DNA of 64,000 nt. Origin: Phoronis australis (taxonomy: Eukaryota > Animalia > Phoronida). Shown piece by piece: positions 26,501 to 35,500 of this stretch (within the stretch, counting starts at the first letter, position 1; each line of letters starts with the position of its first letter). The notes beneath the pieces are model-generated. The model searched no databases, was not told where the DNA came from, and was given only the letters and a program-made list of their open reading frames with translations. The DNA is taken from contig NMRA01000059.1 of the NCBI GenBank assembly GCA_002633005.1, forward strand, positions 103,610-167,609. Reading direction: 5' to 3'. Both the position numbers and the translations under genes were made by a program.

Positions 26501-29500
26501 NNNNNNNNNNNNNNNNNNNNNNNNNNNNNNNNNNNNNNNNNNNNNNNNNNNNNNNNNNNNNNNNNNNNNNNNNNNNNNNNNNNNNNNNNNNNNNNNNNNN
26601 NNNNNNNNNNNNNNNNNNNNNNNNNNNNNNNNNNNNNNNNNNNNNNNNNNNNNNNNNNNNNNNNNNNNNNNNNNNNNNNNNNNNNNNNNNNNNNNNNNNN
26701 NNNNNNNNNNNNNNNNNNNNNNNNNNNNNNNNNNNNNNNNNNNNNNNNNNNNNNNNNNNNNNNNNNNNNNNNNNNNNNNNNNNNNNNNNNNNNNNNNNNN
26801 NNNNNNNNNNNNNNNNNNNNNNNNNNNNNNNNNNNNNNNNNNNNNNNNNNNNNNNNNNNNNNNNNNNNNNNNNNNNNNNNNNNNNNNNNNNNNNNNNNNN
26901 NNNNNNNNNNNNNNNNNNNNNNNNNNNNNNNNNNNNNNNNNNNNNNNNNNNNNNNNNNNNNNNNNNNNNNNNNNNNNNNNNNNNNNNNNNNNNNNNNNNN
27001 NNNNNNNNNNNNNNNNNNNNNNNNNNNNNNNNNNNNNNNNNNNNNNNNNNNNCAGTATTATGTTATGTCATTATATCTTGCTAACAGATAATACAACATA
27101 GTGGCAGTATTATGTTATGTCATTATACCTTGCTAACAGATAATACAACATAGTGGCAGTATTATGTTATGACATTATATCTTGCTAACAGATAATAAAA
27201 CGTAGTGCCAGTATTATGTTATGTCATTATACCTTGCTAACAGATAATACAACATAGTGGCAGTATTATGTTATGTCATTATACCTTGCTAACAGATAAT
27301 ACAACATAGTGGCAGTATTATGTTATGTCATTATACCTTGCTAACAGATAATACAACATAGTGCCAGTATTATGCCTAAGTGTTCCAATGTTTTGTTGCA
27401 GAATGTTTCTTGTAATGGTGAGCTGTGTCATAGCTATACCATAGAGAGAGGTGATTGGTCAGTATGTAGAGTGGGCCCCAGGGGGTGTGGTCGTGGCACC
27501 AGGACGAGGACCATCAAATGTCGTCGGAGTGACAATCATGAAGTTGACCTCATCTACTGCAAATTGAACGGTAAGTTGAGATGGCAGAGAAAATACTTTT
27601 AGTGTAGTGTTGACAGCTCTGACACAGGAAGTGGTAAATAAAATAATATTAAGGTTACTGCCTACCTTCGTTACTTAGGGCCACGTTTCTTTTAATATCT
27701 TTTGAAACATTGATTGTCAGTACGTAAAACCATATATTTTTCAAATCTTTGATAATCAGGGAAGCCAATAATGTGAACGAAAGTGTTGCTGGAATGTTTG
27801 CAATCACGTGATCATGAAAATTCATGAATTTCCACGGAGACTGCCATAACTTCCACAGGTCTCGTAGTCGAAAGCCGAGCACCGGACTCGCTTGAAAGCA
27901 AAATGGGATAATGCTATATGCGAGCTTGTAGATATGATGTCGGAGCTCGGGTGAGAATTTTGTGAATGACACGTAAATGCGTCGTCTCTGGCGTAAAGAA
28001 TAAAAAACTTTCACAAATCACTACCTAGTCTTTTCTTGTGATATTGTGGCTTACCTCAACCTGTACAAAAACATGTGTACATCCTGGAACATCTTAATAT
28101 TACTGTTGTTCAGATTACAAAATACTTCCAGGAATATGAAGCGTATAGTTCTTTTTTTAAATTCACACGATTTCCTTGCATTTGAGCACCCTCTGTGCAG
28201 CACTCATCCGCATGCTACGGTAAAATCAGTTCACAGTTTCTATTACCATGTAACCAAGTTCCCAATTGCGTAAGAAAATTATAAATGGCCATAAAGTTAG
28301 TGCAGTTGAGCACTGTTATCCAGTGACACAGTGTCGCCACCTTTTGTGTAGTTGGATGCTGAATTTATGTATTCAGTGACTCATGCCTGTTGTGCGTTTT
28401 GTTTCGTGTTGGACTGAAAATATACTTTTTCTCACGTTCTGACTGTCCAAGTTATGGAAATAGATGCCATTTATCCCCGTACAATAGCTCTGCCCACAAG
28501 GTCATGTGATCGGAATCACTTGTGAACAAACTCCACGTGTATTTGACTCAGTGTCAAAGATATTAATAAAAGTACATAACTATTAAAAATATTTTTGTGG
28601 TGTCATCTGAAAGAGGAGGCTTTGCTAAGTAAGTAGTGCATTTGAAAATACCATTTAGTTTCAGATATTCCAACAAAGGTAGGCATTGACGTTAAAAATT
28701 TAATAATTATGTTATTACCACCTAAATGTTTTATTTTTTGATACCTTAATTAGAAATTAAATACATGCAAATTAAATTTGTATACTCTGTCACTATTGGC
28801 CATTGTTTTTGCCTAGGTGAGCCCCTGGACACAGCTAGCACGCTGGCATTACTAAAGCGCATTGACGAGGCATCCATGGACATGCACAAGGTGGAGCAGT
28901 GTGGTGCCCCCTGTCCAGGAGACTGCAAGTTAACATCCTGGTCTTCATGGGGACCGTGTTATCGAAACTGTAGTGACGTACACGTTTTTGGCCACCAGGT
29001 GCGGTCTCGCAGCATTGTGCAGTTTGCCCAGCCGAGACGTCAGGCGTGCCCACAGGACTTGGTACAGACTAGGTGAGTGGCTGGGTGTAGTGTAAACTTT
29101 AGCTGTCTACTCAGTTTTGTGGACAAGTTGATTTTATTTTGTCAAATATCTCAACAAAAATGATTTATTGGAAATTTTCGAACAGTTTGTATGCCACCAC
29201 AAACAATGTTTGGTAAAACTACGAACATTTGCTATGCTGTAAACTTAAGTATGAACACTCTAAATATTAATTTTTATCCTAATTTCACAAATTTTAACCA
29301 TTAGTAGTAGACTTCTTGAAAACATGTTATGTTCATTGAGGCTCTTACAGATTTTGGTCTGATTGAGTTTGATGAACTAGTAACAAATAACAGAGATTTA
29401 GTAACATTAGATGTTCTGGTAGTGAGGACTGAGCAATATCACATGTATACTGGTTGTGGGGACTGAGCAATATTACATGTATATTGGTAGTGAGGACTGA

Positions 29501-32500
29501 GCAATATTACGTGTATGCTGGTAGTGAGGACTAAGCAATATTACATTAATCTGGTAGATGAAAGCAATTTTGCATATCTACTGATAGTGAGAACTGAGCA
29601 ATATTACATTTATACTGGTAGGGGAATGAGCAATATTACATTTATACTGGTAGAGGAATGAACAATATTACATGTATATATTACATGTATATTGGTAGTG
29701 AGGACTGAACAATATTACATTTATACTGGTAGTGGAATGAACAATATTACATGTATATATTGCATGTATATTGATAGTGAGGACTGAGCAATATTACTTT
29801 TATGCTGGTAGAGGAATGAACAATATTACATGTATATATTACATGTAGTGGTGACTATATACATAGTTGTCAGGACCTTCCTTTAATTGAGCAAATAGGG
29901 TAACACTAAATACATTATTTTTGTCTTGTTTATTTTTGGAAAGTAAATATTACCTAATGTTACTTGGTCATATTTGACGTTTATTTGCCAGCAGAACACA
30001 ATGGAATGTTGGTGGTGTTACTTTGTACTAGTTTCCAGGTGTCAGTTCCTTTAGGATAGTAATCTTTTCAATTATTCCAAAACTACATGTATTTTTGAAA
30101 GTCCACACAGTGGGCTTGTAACTTGACCACTATTTTAAAAATTATACTCACAACAAGCTCAGCCAAGGAACATAACTGGTTTTGGTCTCTGTTCCTTCTT
30201 TTGAAAATCAAGTCGGTGGTGCTGTATTATTTCACTTGTTTACTTCTTCAAATTAAACTATTAATCTAACAGACCTGCAAAGTTATGAGTCTAGGTAGAA
30301 ACCAAAATAAATACTTACAGGCTGCCTGGTACAAGTTGTACCAAGTTGTACCAGATGTAATCAGCCTATTGCACTGATCGCCTGGAACCATTTTGTGCTT
30401 TATTAATATGCAGTTAAAACTGAGCTGACTTGTTAGAGACCTGACTCAAGAGTCTAGCAGTGTAGCCCAGTGGCACTCAAGGGTCTAGCAGTGTGGCCCA
30501 GTGGCACTCAAGGGTCTAGCAGTGTGGCCCAGTGGCACTCAAGGGTCTAGCAGTGTGGCCCAGTGGCACTCAAACCCATGGGCACCTATCCCAATAGGTC
30601 ACACACCCATCACACCAGGTCACACTGCCTCTTCCGGTGTAAAGACCAAAACAACTAATACTTGTTTGGCCTTAACTGTTGCTTAGTGATTGGTTATCTT
30701 CCACGTTGTACACATGAGTGTGACTCTGTTACATGTTCAACTGTCCCTCACCATGTTCTTGGCCTTTTGCTGAGCACCAAAACATGAAAGCAATGTTTGG
30801 GACCTCTGGTATGTCAGCCAATCATGAGCTGATATTCTATTACCAATGCAGACACTTGGCTCAGTGCATTGGCTTAGTAAGCCCCCTGGCTCAAATAGCA
30901 TGCCACCTGTTTCAAATTGCCAGGACACACTGCCCTTCTACACTGACACGACTGGTTCCCAAAGTTGAAGTCAAGACAATCTCCCTTACAAGTTGACTGC
31001 AGTGAGACTAGACAGGGTCTAGAAATGGTAGGACTGTTGGCTAGCTTAAGTTGGGTGTTTTTTTTTGTTGACTTTGTTTATACCATACAGACCATCATTA
31101 CACTTAAAGTTGTTAGGTCTATCGTGTTTTTAATGTTATGTGAGTATTATTATGATTTTGTGTGTTCTTGAGTTGATGCATTTTAGCTTAGGGAGAAGTT
31201 GTGTAGTGCTTATAGTCAATATATATTTTTGGTCTGTTCTATGCTGTGGCTTGTTTTGTGTGGACTGTCTCATGTACAGAGGTTGTTTTGTGTGGGCTGT
31301 CTCATGTACAGAGGTTGTTTTGTGTGGGCTGTCTTATGTACAGTGGTTGTTTTGTGTGGGCTGTCTCATGTACAGACTCAGGTTGTTTTGATATGACTAT
31401 AAAATGAGAATGTTGAGTCAGTGGGCCAGGGCTTCTTATCCAGTAAATGAAGTACAAAGTTTACAAAATGTTCATTATTTTAGTCACTGTCTGGTGAACA
31501 AGTAAAATTTCATATTGCGGAAAATAATCATGAAGAAAGTTGAATTCAGTATTGATGTGGTTTGAAGCAAAGGCAGTTTGTAGTATAGGTGTCACTGAAC
31601 ATTGGTGAACTGTTGATTATGTGTTGCACTGTAGCTTACTGTTCAGAAAGGCTTTCGGAAACATTTTGTGTTAGACAAAATTAAATGTTATTTGGTATTA
31701 ACTATAAGTAGTGTGAGACCAGCTCATGTTTCAAAAAATTGTAGAGGCAAGCATTCCTCTTCATTATTAGTGCAAGAATGATTTAGGATTACTGTAACTT
31801 ATGTATTATGTTTCTTTAAATAATGATCTACTGGTACATGTTTGAGGCCCATATTATTTTATGCTTGTTGACTGGGTGTTTAGGGCAACTTTCATACCTT
31901 GTTTGTCACCATTCTCATCTCGTCTTTCCATATGTAAAGCCCGTCTTTATGGGACAGTCATTATTGATGTTTGTTCTGGTGGTTGGCTTTGTGAATCTGT
32001 ACCTGTATACAGACATACCCTATACCTACACCTGTTTACAGACATACTCTTACACCTACATCTGTATACAGACATACTCCTACACCTGTATACAGACATA
32101 CTCCTACACCTACATCTGTATACAGACATACTCTTACACCTGTATGCAGACATACTCTTACACCTACACCTGTATGCAGACATACTCTTACACCTACACC
32201 TGTATACAGACATACTCTTACACCTACACCTGTATACAGACATACTCCTACACCTGTATACAGACATACTCTTACACCTACACCTGTATACAGACATACT
32301 CCTACACCTGTATACAGACATACTCTTACACCTACACCTGTATACAGACATACTCCTACACCTGTATACAGACATACTCTTACACCTACACCTGTATACA
32401 GACATACTCCTACACCTGTATACAGACATACTCTTACACCTACACCTGTATACAGACATACTCCTACACCTGTATACAGACATACTCTTACACCTACACC

Positions 32501-35500
32501 TGTATACAGACATACTCCTACACCTGTATACAGACATACTCTTACACCTACACCTGTATACAGACATACTCCTACACCTGTATACAGACATACTCTTACA
32601 CCTACACCTGTATACAGACATACCCTTACACCTACACCTGTATGCAGACATACCCTTACACCTACACTTGTATACAGACATACTCTGATACCTACATCTG
32701 TATACAGACATACTCCTACACCTACAGCTGTATGCAGACATACTCCTACATTTTTAAACACTTGAGTCAAACTAAGGAAAAACTTCTTCAATGGAAATGT
32801 CCCTTTATTTGAAAGTGGAAGTTTTGCTCAAAAACAATATTTTGAATATTGTCTATTGGACTAAATCATACATGTATGTCATGGTAAATTTTAATTTGTT
32901 TGTATGGTATGTATCAAATGTTTTTGAAAAACATTCCTAAGTGCTCTAATCTGTGTATGGTTGCTCACATAGCCCTGTTATATCTTTGCAGAAAATGTAA
33001 GGCTGATTCACATGAGACGTGCCCTATTTTTAATTGGAAGACTAGCGACTGGGATCATACTGGACAAAGAGAAGTTACATGTGAAACTCCTGGTAGGGTT
33101 GTTTGTTTCATTGACTACTTGACTTAAGACATGATGTACTCTTAATGTGAGGTTACTGACAAAGTCATTGTAGAACTGGCTTTGTTCTTGATACATGTTA
33201 TTTATGTCTGGTAAGCACAACAACTACTATTAATAAAGTAGGACTGCTGTTTTTAGCCAAACTCACCTGTTATTATTATGATTCATAAATACAAATGCAA
33301 TAAAAACAAATGTAGTCATCTCTAACTCTATTTTTGTGTTGCTAATACAAAAGGCTAAAATGTCGATGTCGTTCTTTCCCGCTCACCTGGATGATCATGT
33401 CACAGTGAATTTTCACTTTCTCTTCAACGTTTCCATTCAGACTATTCTCGAGTTGTTTTAGCTTTCCTTGGAAACACTGAGTTTCAAGCTTTGAAGATGC
33501 TAAACGCCCGTTCTCGAGATTTGTTGTCATTATTTTAAAGTTAGACCTCTAAGTTGTGATTCGAGAGTTGTCTCAATTTGTTCCATGTGAAGGTTTGAAA
33601 TGATTTCCAAACTTTGTGAAAAACTAACAATGTGTTATTACATAGAGCTGAAGCCAGTAAGCTCGACTTGTTTGGTGGTGAAGCAAAGAGGCAGTCTGTT
33701 CAGTGGAGCATAGGCTAGTTGCCTGGCTGGACACTAGGTGGGGTTGCTACTTACAGTACATGATCCCTGGGACTTGTGACCTCTAGTATATGGCCAATCT
33801 AAAATGACTTGCTTCTCAGTGCAAATTTCATAATTTCGTTGGCAACAGCTGAAAGAAACATTAAATGTGTTAAAACTGTTTCATTAGCCAACATGTCATC
33901 TGTTCCTGGTGTAGATAGAACATAGTCTTGTAGAAACATATTCTAGCTACAAGAAATATATACCTAACCCTTTAAACTATTGTTGTTGCCTCGTATTAGA
34001 ACTTTAATAAGTATTATTATTATATGTGTAAAAAGGTTCTTATTACTGAGGTTCATTTGTTGAAAATTGTTGAAAATGATTAATTGTTTCCTTTACCGAA
34101 TAGAACAGCTTTATCTGTTCATTTTTTATGCCTAGTTACAGCACAAATGTGGTGTGAGTTGAAAACAATGATAACAATAAAAGTATCATATAATGATATA
34201 TCTTTATCAGTTTTGTGGGACCAAATGTTTATGTGATAAAAAAGCTGTCTTTACAATTCCTCAATATTTTATCAGCAGTAGTCGGGCTACTCCCAACATT
34301 AATATTTTCAACTTTTATTTGAATGATTATCAGCATTAAGACTAAATATTGCACATAAAGTTTTCGACCCCCTACAGGTGGAATTAAAGTGACCGGTGGC
34401 TGCATGGAGTGGTCTAAGCCGTCAGAGTTCAAGCAGTGCAGTGTGCCCTGTGGTCAAGATGGCAAGTGTGTGGATGGTATCTGTCAGTGTCGGGCTGATT
34501 ATGAAGGTGAGGCTTGGCTACATGTTGCGACTTGACACCAGATGTCTCTGGAGACCAGTACTTCTTACGCATTTCCTCAGTTTCAGATCACGCAAGTACT
34601 GACCTCTTCAGTTGACATTCAATCTTTTATGTTTCATGAAGGCTTTTAAAACTTTCTCATTTAGTGTAGTAGCATTAATTATAATCAATTGTGGTTATTG
34701 ACTATTTGTACGAATTCGCCACTTGATGCTTGACAATGAGGTGTTGTATCCAAACTACAAATAATGCTGCGTGTTTGGAACAAGCAGGCTTTAAAACCCT
34801 TCTCCTGCTTACCACTGGCTTATCCGGTTTCAACATTCCAGTATGTCTGGCTAATACCGGGCGTCTCCGGCTGACCAGCATTCACCTAAGTAGGTCAAAC
34901 TCAATTAAAAAATAGTGGTCAATCAGAAAATTTAAAAGGGTCTAGTTAGGCTGGGTTGCTTCAGATAAGGCATAAGATTCCAAGTATTCATGAAAGACTG
35001 TTAGTGATTGGCTAATTGAGCAATATTGGTCTGGGATTCCATATTGAGCATGGGATTTTCCAGTCTCACTGCACACTGGTAACTTATCTTGATTTACCTG
35101 TGGTTCTGAGGCCTCTTGTTTGAAATGAACACTTGATAATGAATTCAGAACACTTCTACCCTAACTTTTTTAATTGACTTATGGTCATATGTTTTGGTTA
35201 TTTGTGTTTATTTGCATGAGATGAGAATATTGAAAACTGTTGTATTTTACACCATTACCGGTGTTCCATTAGTCATCAGCAGCATATATCATAATTATCT
35301 TCCTGATTAATATGATAGAGATGAAGCTGATTTTATGAGCTTCACAATGATGTATAATAATACATGGTATGTAAATCAAACTGGTTTGTTAAATTTTTGA
35401 TTAAAACAATTGAGTGTGTTAATACTGAGCTTGACCTAAAAATAGCTAGCCAGCTGGTCTGGACACTGGTTACAGTGTGTAGCACCACAAGGGATGCCAA

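Noticed and set aside
26102-27091. ORFs spanning N runs (also 11706-12051 and 59789-60160)
   Set aside because: Artefacts of assembly gaps.
31823-32812. Long ORFs on both strands (329, 275, 264 and 251 aa)
   Set aside because: They are translations of a stop-poor 24/30-bp minisatellite inside a THSD7 intron; open in several frames with no domain or splice support.
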